DNA of 60,789 bases, the filler included, from Globobulimina sp. (taxonomy: Eukaryota): assembly GCA_003354225.1 (NCBI GenBank). It is 12 parts of 12 records of this genome, joined end to end, with 100 filler letters (N's around TTAATTAATTAA, not from the genome) between each part and the next. Parts side by side here need not be neighbours in the genome. Positions count along the whole stretch, not along the records: positions 1 to 4,980 come from PIVH01000795.1; positions 5,081 to 10,059 come from PIVH01000796.1; positions 10,160 to 15,137 come from PIVH01000797.1; 9 more parts are not named here. One strand, 5' to 3'. This document shows, one piece after another, positions 1-11,330 of this stretch. The position numbers and the translations under genes are program-made. Position 1 is the stretch's first letter; each line of letters opens with the position of its first letter. Under the pieces are notes generated by a model that was not told the origin of the DNA, searched no databases, and saw only the letters and a list, made by a program, of their open reading frames with translations.

Positions 1-886
1 ATTTGATAATAATAAAACATATACATGGATAAATCACATATACCAAATAAACCATATAAAATTCCAGATAAAATGCCAATGAATCCAATAAAGTATTACT
101 TACTGAATCTATTACACTTTCATAACAACGCCCTGACTGTCCTGATTTGAATGGTGGCGGTTTCTCACAAAAATCGAAATCAGTTCTGTGAAATTGATAT
201 AATTTTATGTATGGATAATAACATATCACTGTCACTATTATGTTTCCAATAAATAATTTCCCAGACAGTAACAATTTATATCGAAATGTTGTAATATATA
301 ATAAAGATAAATAAATGGCAACAAAACCAGAGGCAAAGAGACCATAATAAACGTAATATTTGGGTAAAAAATGTGCTGTTTTATAACTGAGTGTGCCTTT
401 TGAATGAGGAGTTTCTGTCGGTGTACAGTACTGTGTGCCATCAATATTACATATTTTATTCAAATTGTTTGCATTTAAATGCAATGTTGCATAGCACGGA
501 GACCATTCGATTCTTGTATCATAATGTTTGGAAACCCACATGCAATAACAACTGTATTTATCGATATATCAATATATATATACAAGATATTTGTATACAA
601 CTTAATGAACAGACCATTGTGCATTATCATAGAAATCATGCAAATTGAATTGTTTTTCCATCAATAATGGGATAGAAACAAGAGCGACAAACAACAAAAT
701 TAAACCATTGGTTATGAACCATATTTTTTGTTGGTCAATTGCTGAAGAAACAGATAACTCGACAGCTACGGACGGAGTTGGCGTGCGTGCAGATATTCCG
801 CCAGATAAACTGTTGGCTGCACTCTGCGTGAGACTTTCTTGGTATATCTGCAAGGAATTGTTGAGAGCATCATCTAGATGTGACAT
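1..886 (-). CDS. Multi-pass membrane protein of unknown function, 3'-truncated at window start; one intron (552-614)
   Basis: ATG at 886 (MSHLDD...). A 63-nt GT-AG intron removes the TAA at 602-604. The frame then stays open to base 1 (CCYCMWVSKHY...YYGLFASGFVAIYLSLLYI...LEFYMVYLVYVIYPCICFIIIK), with several hydrophobic segments. The second exon is absent from the ORF track. Confidence 0.75.
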
Positions 887-935
887 GATATTTACAACTA
901 ACAAAACGCACACTGATACACTGTCACTGATACAT

Positions 936-2096
936 TTAATCAATTAAAAAGTATCCATCTGCATCTTTACTTAGATTCCTCTTTAATATAGTTTTATGTG
1001 TTAATCTTTCACAAATATTCTCCATTGATTTATGACAAACATTACAAAATTTCCTATACCATTTCCTTGAAAAAACAAAATTCAAATAAACACTGGAAAT
1101 GGCTATCAATGAATCGGTGATTGATAAAGCAGCCAATGGAGCATCCAAATGATGATAAGATATTAAATTGCCATGAAATGAAATTAACAAAATATGTATT
1201 AATTGCAGCATAAAATAGATTTGTGTCAATATCATTGTCATAGAGCTCAACAATGTATACCTCGTAATGGTATATATCAATTTCGTATCTTCTTTAAGTA
1301 ATTTAATTTTATGCACATGCGTTATACTAAAATTAAAATCAGACGACAATTTCCTTACTGATTGATTTACATCCAACGCATTCATATCATGGTCACTCTC
1401 TGTACCCATATCATCCATATCCGTGTCGAATAATTGAACCATCGGTTTTATGTCAGCTCTGCTCTGTATTCCCATCACCAATAATTTGAATAATTTGGAC
1501 ACGAATAAATGAGTGATTATGTATGAAACAATTAAATCCGTAATGACTACAATGATTAGTAAACTAATAGCAAATGATGATTCAAATGGTTTTCCATAAT
1601 TGCCTTCATCGAAATCATCCTCAACTGTTAACGGTGAGTTTTCATTGACCTCTAATTGAATGACACCAGTTGAGAAATATAATAAGATGCATAATATTTC
1701 AGTTACAATAATGCCCCATAATGCAATATATATTGATTGATTGGATTGGAAGGCAGAGCCTGAAAATGTATAATGTAGACGCAATACATAATGTATTTGG
1801 GTCAGTGGTTTGCTTATAAATAGAAATAAAGCTGAAATGATTTGCCATATAGAGGCAGTGACATGCGTGATACTGCAGCTTGGACAATAAAATGGAATAT
1901 GGAGCATGAAGAGAGTGGTTAATCTGATAATGTATGCAATTAAACATATAATAGATGATGTTTGTATCGCTGCATAATATTGCATCTTGTTTGCTTTATT
2001 GCAATAGAAGTGTCGACAAAGAGAGGTTAGCATTAGTATAGCAATGATTGCTACCATGAGGGCAACCATCGAATGCACAAAAGACTCTATGTCCAT
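936..2096 (-). CDS. 7-transmembrane GPCR-like protein
   Basis: Intronless ORF from MDIESF. Seven hydrophobic segments, a long acidic third cytoplasmic loop, 'LRLHYTFSGSAF' after TM3 and a Cys-containing tail after TM7. Confidence 0.7.
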   Translation of the reverse strand: MDIESFVHSMVALMVAIIAILMLTSLCRHFYCNKANKMQYYAAIQTSSIICLIAYIIRLTTLFMLHIPFYCPSCSITHVTASIWQIISALFLFISKPLTQIHYVLRLHYTFSGSAFQSNQSIYIALWGIIVTEILCILLYFSTGVIQLEVNENSPLTVEDDFDEGNYGKPFESSFAISLLIIVVITDLIVSYIITHLFVSKLFKLLVMGIQSRADIKPMVQLFDTDMDDMGTESDHDMNALDVNQSVRKLSSDFNFSITHVHKIKLLKEDTKLIYTITRYTLLSSMTMILTQIYFMLQLIHILLISFHGNLISYHHLDAPLAALSITDSLIAISSVYLNFVFSRKWYRKFCNVCHKSMENICERLTHKTILKRNLSKDADGYFLID

Positions 2097-2168
2097 TGTT
2101 AGCGTTAATTTCAGCTTGCCATTAATTTGAAACACGAAATTTAAAAGATGTTTTTACTGCAAATCAAA

Positions 2169-2234
2169 CAGAAGAAACACTCACCAAATCAAACCAAAAC
2201 CATTCAGAAGAAACACTCAAAGGAGAAACACTCA
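2169..2234. promoter_or_regulatory. Triple direct repeat AGAAACACTCA in a divergent intergenic region
   Basis: CAGAAGAAACACTCA at 2169-2183 and 2205-2219, core AGAAACACTCA again at 2224-2234, between ATGs at 2096 (-) and 2266 (+). The repeat is seen; a regulatory role is inferred. Confidence 0.4.
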
Positions 2235-2265
2235 ACAATTTTATTTGTTATATTTATATATATTT

Positions 2266-3825
2266 ATGCATATGTTGTTGTTGGCTTGCACATTATTTTC
2301 AATTGGGGATAGTGTTAGCAATCCACTATCCATGGACCACCTATGTGCTGCACCGGCAACAAAACAGACGCCATTGTTCACAGAAGACATTCAATATGCA
2401 CCAGTGCAATATGAAAATGAGCATACTATTGACAGATATGATATTATCAATGAAGAAGATAGTAAATGGCCATTCGAACACAATATATGGGGATTTAAAG
2501 CCGCATCCATTTCCACGTCGGGAAGTACCAAAAGAGTGTTTACTGAAAATATATTAATCTCCGCAATTCCTATTTATGTACCAGTGCGTGGACGAGGTCT
2601 CCCGCCACTCGCTATTGCCCGGCCACAAGGCAAACATTTCTATGTATTTTCAGCAGCCCCATACACGGAATTCGTAGATGGTGGACCGCAGTCACCGTAC
2701 ACAGCCGTAGGCATTGTTTTTTTTAATGACAAATTTAAGCAAATTACAGATTTCAGAATACTGACAACACCATCATTTGGCTCATTTGTCGACGGATCCG
2801 GACAATTTTGCAACGAAAAAATCGGACCGGGAATATGTTTTGGTGAGGAGCGTTGTTGTGAGGCATTTGAAAGGATCCTAGCAATTAGAACCCACTCAAA
2901 ATGTAAAACAGTTAAATGTATACATTTTATTTAATTCCGATAATGCATATATACATTGCCAATTGTCATATGTATAGATTTTGTTGTGTCCAAAGGGAGT
3001 TATTAAAGTGGACTTATTTAGTTACGATGCATCAGCTGCCTCTAAAGGTTTGGTGAAGTTTGCCATCGAAGGCTTTGCGATTAAAGACACTGACAAAAAT
3101 ATGAACTGGTTAATTAGACCGCTGTTGGTGACAGAACCTGGCTATATTTGTCCAGATGGAAGTTATCACATTCGTTTGAGCTGTCCGATGATAGCCAGGG
3201 ATGTGGATGTAGACGAAAGCGAATTTCATGAATGTCCATTTTGTTCTCATCCAAACCATAAGTATCGAATTATAGTGCCAGAAGGTGGCGAGGTAAGAGG
3301 TAAATGCAGGGATAAAGATAAAAGGACAATGGTATCATTTGAATTTTTAAATGATGGAAAGGTGCTGCAGTGTTGCATTCAAAGCCATAGTTAGGTTGCA
3401 CAGCTAAACAATATATTTTATTAATTGATTGGTTCCATATTTCAGGTCTTGCTGAAAAACATATGAATGGCGCATATGCAAAACATCCAATCCGTAAAGA
3501 CATAAAGTTAAATAATGATAAGTTAAAGATATCAGAAGAATCGGATGAAGTTATTGAAGAACAACCAATCACAAGAAATAAAGGTAAAAAAAAAGTGTCA
3601 AAAGAATCAGGTAAAGTTACTGGAAAACAACCAATCACAAGAAACACAAGAAAATCAGGACAACCAATCAACGGTGAGCCAAATGAAAGAAATGGTGCAA
3701 AACATAAAAGAAATGGTTTGAATAAGAGCGGATTTGCTACATTTTCTGTAACACGTTCAATGATTTTCGGTGTGTTGATTGGCATTTTGATGCTGATTGC
3801 ATCGTTACATATTTATTTCAAATAA
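2266..3825 (+). CDS. Cys-containing type I membrane/surface protein of unknown function; introns 2911-2977 and 3390-3445
   Basis: Signal-like N-terminus MHMLLLACTLFSIG. Both GT-AG introns join the three ORF-track pieces in phase. Lys-rich stalk with QPITRN repeats; C-terminal TM (MIFGVLIGILMLIASLHIYFK). Confidence 0.75.
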
Positions 3826-3997
3826 TGTTTATGATTAATGGCTTGTTGAAGCATTTCCGCTTTCCAAGAATATGTGTGCTGATTAGTTTGTTAAACAATA
3901 TTTAAATTAATAGTGCGCTTGCAGTTCATTCCAAAAAAAAAAAATATATATTTGATATTATATTCTTTTTCAAAAACTTTAAAGTTGAGGCATCAGA

Positions 3998-4669
3998 ATG
4001 TTGAATGTGCGGCAAAAGAATACTGCAAATAATCGTGGTAAATTGGCTCAAGCGAGATTAGTGGGTCAGGTACAAACCCCTTCGTTGTCCACTTGTAAAA
4101 AATGTGGCTTACGTGAGTTATAATTATTTGATTAGATCATTTTTATGATTACTTAGTGATTAAATACTATTAAATAAGATGGACATTTCCAATTCCAATG
4201 CAGAAATGTTATTGCTTCGGATTTTAATATCGGTGAAATTACATCAACGTCATCATTATCGACAGATTCATCCAAAACTAATCAGGAAAAACATAAAAAT
4301 AAAAATAAAAAAAAAATGAATAAGAAAAAGTTCAAAGAAATGAGAAAGAAAAGAAAAAATAAAAGAAAACGCAAACACAAATATGAATCATCGGATATTG
4401 ATAGCGATTCTTCCTCCTCATCAGAGTCAGACTCATCATCTTCGTCATCCTCATCATCCTCATCATCCTCTACCTCATCATCGAGTGATTCAAGTGATGA
4501 TAAAAGGAGAAGAAGACGGAAATCAATACGAAAACATAAACATAAACATAAACACAGAGCAAAGAGAAAACATAAGCATAGGAACAATGATAGCAGTGAG
4601 GAGTCAACATCACGATCAAGATCACGGACAAGGTCACGAAAAAAGAAGAGGCATTCCAAATATAAATGA
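3998..4669 (+). CDS. SREK1IP1: SREK1IP1/CXIP4-like CCHC zinc-knuckle, Lys/Ser/Arg-rich protein; intron 4113-4178
   Basis: Splicing gives CKKCGLHGHFQFQCRN followed by EITSTSS, then K-rich, poly-Ser and RS tracts. This matches the p18SRP pattern CKKCGYPGHLTFECRN...VSSTSS. Confidence 0.8.
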
Positions 4670-4785
4670 ATAATTGAAATGGATCGTTTTGGTGCAAGGC
4701 AAGGCAGGCTGTTATTTACCCAAAAGTGTTAATATCATTCATTTTATGTTAAAGTTTTTCTTGTAGTGAGCTAGTCTGCAGAGCC

Positions 4786-4980
4786 ATGTCAACCGAGCAG
4801 CCAGATTTACGAGCTCTGAAATCAGCGAGCTCGAGTCTGAGCACTCCAGATGTACCCACATCAACTACATTGATGAAAAACAGTTCAACAATATCTGTTC
4901 GTTTGGACACGTATCGTGGTTTAAACGCATTCGAAAGACGGCCATTCTCATGTTATGAAAAAGCAAAAATGTTTATTATA
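4786..4980 (+). CDS. 5' fragment of a gene, truncated by contig end
   Basis: ATG-initiated frame open to the contig end (MSTEQPDLRALKS...YEKAKMFII). Too short to assign. Confidence 0.5.
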
Positions 4981-5080
4981 NNNNNNNNNNNNNNNNNNNN
5001 NNNNNNNNNNNNNNNNNNNNNNNNTTAATTAATTAANNNNNNNNNNNNNNNNNNNNNNNNNNNNNNNNNNNNNNNNNNNN
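4981..5080. other. Artificial contig linker (44 N + TTAATTAATTAA + 44 N). Identical linkers at 10060-10159, 15138-15237, 20214-20313, 25290-25389, 30366-30465, 35441-35540, 40516-40615, 45588-45687, 50658-50757, 55724-55823
   Basis: Identical 100-nt structure with stops in all six frames. Flanking segment lengths never increase (4980, 4979, 4978, 4976, 4976, 4976, 4975, 4975, 4972, 4970, 4966, 4966). Confidence 0.99.
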
Positions 5081-8000
5081 AATATGATTTAGAAAAAGTA
5101 GGAAATAACACTGTTCCCAAACAGTTAGAGGCGACATATCAAGGTCTATATATCTGTTTTTTTTTTTAATATACTTTGAAATCGCACATATTTTATGCAT
5201 AAATTGCAGGAGTATCCGAGGAGATATTTCCTTTGGATCAGTTCAAACGAGAAACGAAATCCGATGCCAAAGAGCGGACTTTTAACTGTGCCCAGTTACC
5301 AAATATGAGCCAGGCCCTCGTGAAGAAATTCGCGTCCTTCAAATGGAAGCCCTTTGTGCTACGCTTCACTTTCCACAAACATGGCGGTAAGATCATCAAC
5401 ATCGAGCAATTGGCTATTAACTCGTATTACGATCAGTTCCCCCGTAACGTCAAGCGAGTCTACAGCGGCAAGTCCGGTGTCATGATCAACGACGAAGAGC
5501 AACGCGTGTCCTCCTTAGGCGAAATGAACATATATCAGAGCAAAAAGACCATCGTAATCTGTTGGAAATTCCCGCAAAATGCCGAGTTAGGCATCACGTT
5601 AACGTACCATTACAAGGTCCAAATCCCGATGTTGCATGAGATCAAATTCAAGCGTTTATTGGACTGTTGGCGCACCAACACCTTATTCGACCAAACCATG
5701 AGCAATCGCAGCATGAAAATTGTGCAATCTCGCATGTGGAAGACCGATACGAAGATGCCGACCATCAAAGACATCACACGCTATGATGCCGTGGCGAATG
5801 AGGCAGAGTATGGCGGCATGGACAAACGGGACGAATCTGATGAGGAATATTCTGGTTCGGAGGATGAGGATGATGACAAAGACGAAGAGAAGCACAGCAA
5901 ACCCGCAGCTAAAAAGGAAGAATGTATCCCCTGTCAAATGATATCGAGCAACAACGAACGACGCAAAAAACACCAAAGCGACACCGACGAGGACAGTGAC
6001 AGCGGCGGTATCCCGCAACCGGACAAAGTGCGACGCGATCGGTCGCAAAGCACGACGCAATTGGCGCAGATTGATAAATATCAGCATCTAAAGACGAAAA
6101 TATCCGACGCGGAGTGGGATTTGATGGACAAATTGGACGACAAGCAGCGCGAAACGAGCAATTTGATCAAACAAAAGCCAGTGTATGCGGCCGTCGCGGA
6201 GGCGCAGAGTGTGTGGAGTTTGTGGGTACGGCGCCACGCCCCGCACAAATTCAGGAAGGAGCTGTACAAATTAGTGTCGTTGACATTTATTCAAAGCATA
6301 ATCTCTGTGATGAAGAACCATTTATATGAACGCTATCAGCGGCGCAAAGAGAACAAACCGCTAATCATTGTGATATCGGACGAACGTGAAATGTACCAAG
6401 AGATATTTGCGTTGAATCACAGCGAAGATTACATCTCCGCGAACAGCAAATCGTTGTCGTACTTATTTGACGCGATCGGCGACGTGAAACGTATCGACAG
6501 CAAAGGCAATATCTACAGTATACACATCAACAAGTTACAGAAAGAAATCATAGACAAAGGCTACTACCACGAGTTCATATCGATGACCAGCGCGAAATTC
6601 AAAGAGACCTTGGTTCTGTTCACCCGGCCCAACGACGAAAGGAATAGTTTGTACATCTCGCACAATGGCTATATCAGCAAGATCTCATTGAAACTGCACG
6701 ACGAAGATTTGCATTATTTCCTGCCGCTCTTCATCCCCTTAAAAGTGGGCGATTGCGTCAACATCGAAGCCTTTTCATCGCCGGATAACGGCACCATTGT
6801 GGCCTTATGGCGCAACCCCGAACGCAACAACATTGTGTACCGGATCCGGTCGACGGAGAATGTCTATTACATCATGAACTATTACAAGTTGGTGAATCGC
6901 GCGCAACCCAAGGAATATTGGTACAAAAACGGCATAAAAACGAACATTACAAAGCACAGCGCCGTGTGGGACGACGTTAAATTGTGGAAGACGGAGAAGC
7001 CGAACGGCGATCCCTCGGACCCCTCGCATCCGTTACACGGCGTTATATTGGCCTTAGTGGAGAGCAGCAAACAGGCCATAGCCAGCATAGAATCGCAGTT
7101 GAAAGTGATGGCGAGGAAGGATAAGGCGAATCAGCTGGAATTGAAGAAGTTGACCATTCAGCACAAGCTGCAGAACACCGGCGCGATCTTTTTGTTTTAT
7201 CGCACGGTGGAGATGGTGGACAAAGGGGAGGACATTGTGCTGTTTGAGCAGCAGGAGGCGGAGCGCAAAGAGAATGAGCGGGAGGAGGAGGAGGAAGGGC
7301 CGTATCGCGCGTATAATGATAGCGAGGCGTCGGACGATGACACGGAGAGTCTGCAAGCCAGCAACGAGCGAGGCCTGAGCCATTTGATTAAGTTTTTGAA
7401 GCGGAATAAGCTGATTTGCAATGTGCAGAAATATAAACGTCCGCAGACTACGTCGTACGACGATTTCTGTGAGAAGGCCAAGGACATCTTGCGGCAGAAT
7501 AGCAACAATAAGGTGTATTTGTGCCATATGACGGAGCGGAAGAAGTATACGTTGGAGGAGGTGGATGGCGGCCTTCCGGAGGAAGCCATTGATATCGATA
7601 GTTTGGGCCACGGCGGCGACGAATATGAGGACGGATCGGGTGGAGAGGAGGATGAATGGCTGACATTTGAGCCAGAGGAAGATGACAAGCCGCAGCTGAA
7701 AAAGGAGGAGGCGGAGAAAAGAGTGGTATTGAAATCGACGTTTGAGTGCCAAATGGTGTACGAATTTGAAATGTGTTCGGTGCACAGTCCCGTATTGACT
7801 GTGGAGGATATCATGATTATGCAAAATGAGAAACGAAACTGGACGACGGAGGACCATAAACTATTGACACAATTCCATAACAACAACATCTGGAACAAAT
7901 TTGATTTATTAGACAAACAATTGATAAATCGGTTGAAAACGCGCTTGTTTCAAAACCATACCAATGTCGGCGACACGAATAAACTGAAATTGTTGGAGAA

Positions 8001-9591
8001 GAAATTCATTAAATTCACGGAAGCGGTGCCAAAAACGTTGAAGGAAAACAACATTAACAGCCCATTGACGCAATTTGTGATCGCTGGCGTGGAGGTCACG
8101 AGAAACGCGAAATTATTGCAAGAGTACATTGAGAAGTTTCGGCGATACAAGAAATCTGACGATGAGCAGATGTTGGACTATGACGGCGACGCAGAGATCA
8201 TCGAGTCCAATAGCGATAGAACTATGATCGTGGCCTATAACCCGATCCAAACCGTGGTGGTCACCTCTACGATGATCAAAGATGTGACCCATCCGATCCA
8301 TCTATACCGCGCCGCCTATGACGAGAAGTTTTACCCAAAGGACCAGATCACGCAATTGAACGCGGAATGGATGCAGACGCAAACCAAAAACGCCAACATC
8401 ATCAACGCGTTGTCGACGCTGCTGCGCTACAACAAGAAATATGAGATAATCTTAGTGCCTTCGTCCATCCATTTGGACGCCGAAAACTTCCTCAAATCGC
8501 GCTGCGAGATGGTAGCGCCCGAACATGAGTCGATTGCAGATTACCGGATCACGTTCCTGTACAAAGGCCTCTTGTACCGCTACGACAAGAAAAAGGCCAA
8601 GAAGTTCAAACAACAGTCTTTGTCCATCATCAAACAACAGACCGTGCACCATTTGGACGACTTGGACGACGACGACGAGAAGATCTTCGTGGACGAGATC
8701 AAGTTTTTGCTGCGGTTGTTGCACGACAACATTTCCGAGGAACAGCCGGACGCCATGGACCCCGACGAAGCAGTGTTCGACAAATCGCCCCGAACGCGCG
8801 AAGAGTCGCTGTCCACCACATTGCCGATGATCATCAGCTCGTTGACGTCGCAGCCCTCCTTCAATAATTACCCCTCCTTTTCCGCCACCGCCATGGACGT
8901 CGCCCCGCGTCGGCCGAGCACGAGGCGCAGATTACGCGGCAGCATCAAACGGAAGCACACGGACCGCATCTTCAGATGGCTCAACGTGGGCTGCGGCAGC
9001 TGCTTCTTGCACGAATCGAGCGGCCGGGCCAAGGAGATCGGGCCCAAAAAAGGCGCGGATTACGACAAGGAGTTCCCCAAACAATTGCAGCGGGCCATGT
9101 TTTTGTATTACATCGATTGCCGGGTGCCGTTCAATGAGGACATCATATCGCAAGAGAGCCAATGTGCGATCTGCAAACAGCTCATGATCGATCCGGCAGA
9201 TATTGGCAATCCGCAATGCATCCACATTTTCTGTAAGCTGTGCATCCAGCAATGGTACTTTGTCAATTATGCGTCCAACGCCAACAACGACAATCCGATG
9301 GGCGGCAACCACGGCGCGCAAAGGAGCAGCTGTCCGATTTGCAGGAGAGCCATCCGCGAAATCACAGTGCAGCCGAAGGTTATACCCAATATGAAGCGGG
9401 GTATTCCCACCACCATTTATCAGCAGATTATGGAGGAGAACCAGTCGCGCTTTTTGCGGCAGTATTTGGTGGATACGTATATGGCGGAACGTGAACGTGT
9501 ATTACAGGCTGAGAATTCCGATCAGAATTTGGGTGCCGCGATGGAGAACGATCCTCGACTCGGACATCGGTTGGCGGGCTATCGGGGATAG
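5081..9591 (+). CDS. 3' part of a very large protein with a C-terminal C3HC4 RING finger (putative E3 ligase); intron 5144-5209
   Basis: Open frame of more than 1450 aa with CAICKQLMIDP...CIHIFCKLCIQQW...CPICR near the C-terminus. An upstream exon joins in phase through a GT-AG intron. Confidence 0.85.
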
Positions 9592-10343
9592 TAATTAATT
9601 TGCAAAATATTTCTTTTATTTTATTTTAGTGTGTCTTGTGTGTGTCGCCTTTGCTTTTCTGGTTTTTCTCTCCTTTTTCTAATCGTATTTTTAAATTTAG
9701 TTATTTTAATTTTAGTTATCTCGAATCTCATTTTATTTTCGGAGTTTGAGCAACCTTTTTTTTTACAATTGATTCTTAAATAATGGTTGATAAAACTGCG
9801 CCATATGCAATTTATAAACGAGATGTGGTGCACATTTATCATTAATTCACACCGTTACTTAACTATCCATTGTTTATTATTTGTTGTCTCATTTTTATTT
9901 TATTTTATTTCATTTCATTTTGTTTGGGATTATAACTGATCTGCCCCTTTTTTCCTTTTTATTTGTTTTTCTCATAAATTTCATACATTTGTTGTTTTAT
10001 TGTTGGGGATATACAAAATGATCGAGATTCAAGCTCTCGGGGGAGGAACAAATATAGCTNNNNNNNNNNNNNNNNNNNNNNNNNNNNNNNNNNNNNNNNN
10101 NNNTTAATTAATTAANNNNNNNNNNNNNNNNNNNNNNNNNNNNNNNNNNNNNNNNNNNNTTCAAAATTAAAAGTGATTAAAACTTATATATTTAGACTAA
10201 TAATTATATTTGTATTGCACTCATACAATACAAGCATCAAAATTCAAAACTAAAACATCATTCAATTCAACAGTACAACAAAAAATAAAAATTAATTATT
10301 ACGTTACATAATTATAAACCAAAACATTTTTAATCAAAATGTA

Positions 10344-11232
10344 TTAATTTCCACAACATATTCCAGAGGTTAATGCTCCTTGCTTCATATTGCCATATTC
10401 TTCATTATCACCAACTAAACTTTCCTTTTTCTCATCTTTACTTTTTTGAATAGTTTGCATTTCAGTGTACGAAGGCCCTTCACTCACCACATCACCTTCC
10501 AATTTTTTATTAATTTTTTCCATTTTCTTTTGTTCATTTTTCCAGAAACGCGTTACTTCAAAAATATTCCAATTATAACGCTCCAATAATTGCGTTGCTT
10601 CCTCCTCATTCAATTTACAATCATTCATAATTATGCGTCTTTTCTCCCATTTATCATCAACACGCCATACATTTAATGCTTTGCGAACATTCCAATTTGC
10701 TACACCTTTACACGTATAATATGTTATATGTTTTTGGATGCGATTTTGCGAAGAAAGTCAAACCTAAATAATAATCAGCGCGCAGTTCATCGAGTGCTGT
10801 TGCATGAAACATCAAAGCCTTTCTTAACTGATATTTTCCATTTTCATCAGGTTCTGTAAATTTTTCTTCAGCCATTGTTACATTCTCATCGTCCTCAAGA
10901 TATATTTTATTTAATTGTTCTCTTATTTCTGCGGTTAAATTGGCAGTTGAATCAATCGGAATTAATAATAATTTACCCACAATGTGAGTTAATCGATGAC
11001 CAAAACATACTTTATTATTATAACGACGTATTTTATTTTGCGAGATACCAAATCTAACAGATAATGATACTAAAGTATCACCAGAGAGGATTCTATAAAA
11101 TGTAAAACCATCCGGTGCTGTGGGCAAGGACCCATCCGATGGAATTTCGGGTGTTTCTTTGCTAACTTCTGTGGTTAGGTTTGCATAATCAATTTCTGAT
11201 CTGGTGTCTTGTTTTGGTTGTATGTGATACAT
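10344..11232 (-). CDS. LysM domain protein with two UBA-like helical repeats and a C-terminal CCGN; intron 10706-10763
   Basis: YRILSGDTLVSLSVRFGISQNKIRRYN...LLIP is a LysM motif. 'ADYYLGVANWNVRKAL' and 'ATQLLERYNWNIFEV' resemble UBA-like (DCN1/TAP-C type) motifs. The intron joins the two ORFs in phase. Confidence 0.8.
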
Positions 11233-11330
11233 TATATTGTTAATATTGTTATGATGTCACAATAAAAAAACTCTCAGTTCTAATTATGCAGTTTTTATAA
11301 TTATGACTGCAGCTGTACATTTAGTGTGAG

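Noticed and set aside
4786-4980. Possible LPCAT-type acyltransferase N-terminus
   Set aside because: Only a vague resemblance, and no catalytic motif within the contig.
5025-5036. TTAATTAATTAA palindrome recurring every ~5 kb as a biological repeat or telomere
   Set aside because: Always centred in exactly 44+44 N; it is a six-frame-stop assembly linker. ORFs that run into it have artificial ends.
7054-7916. Long antisense ORFs (267 and 239 aa); similar ones at 4282-4659, 30931-31674 and 45929-46526
   Set aside because: Shadows of GC-richer or low-complexity sense genes, with no recognisable motifs.
10018-10059. MIEIQALGGGTNIA, resembling a vWA GGTN motif
   Set aside because: Only 14 codons at a contig end; unsupportable.
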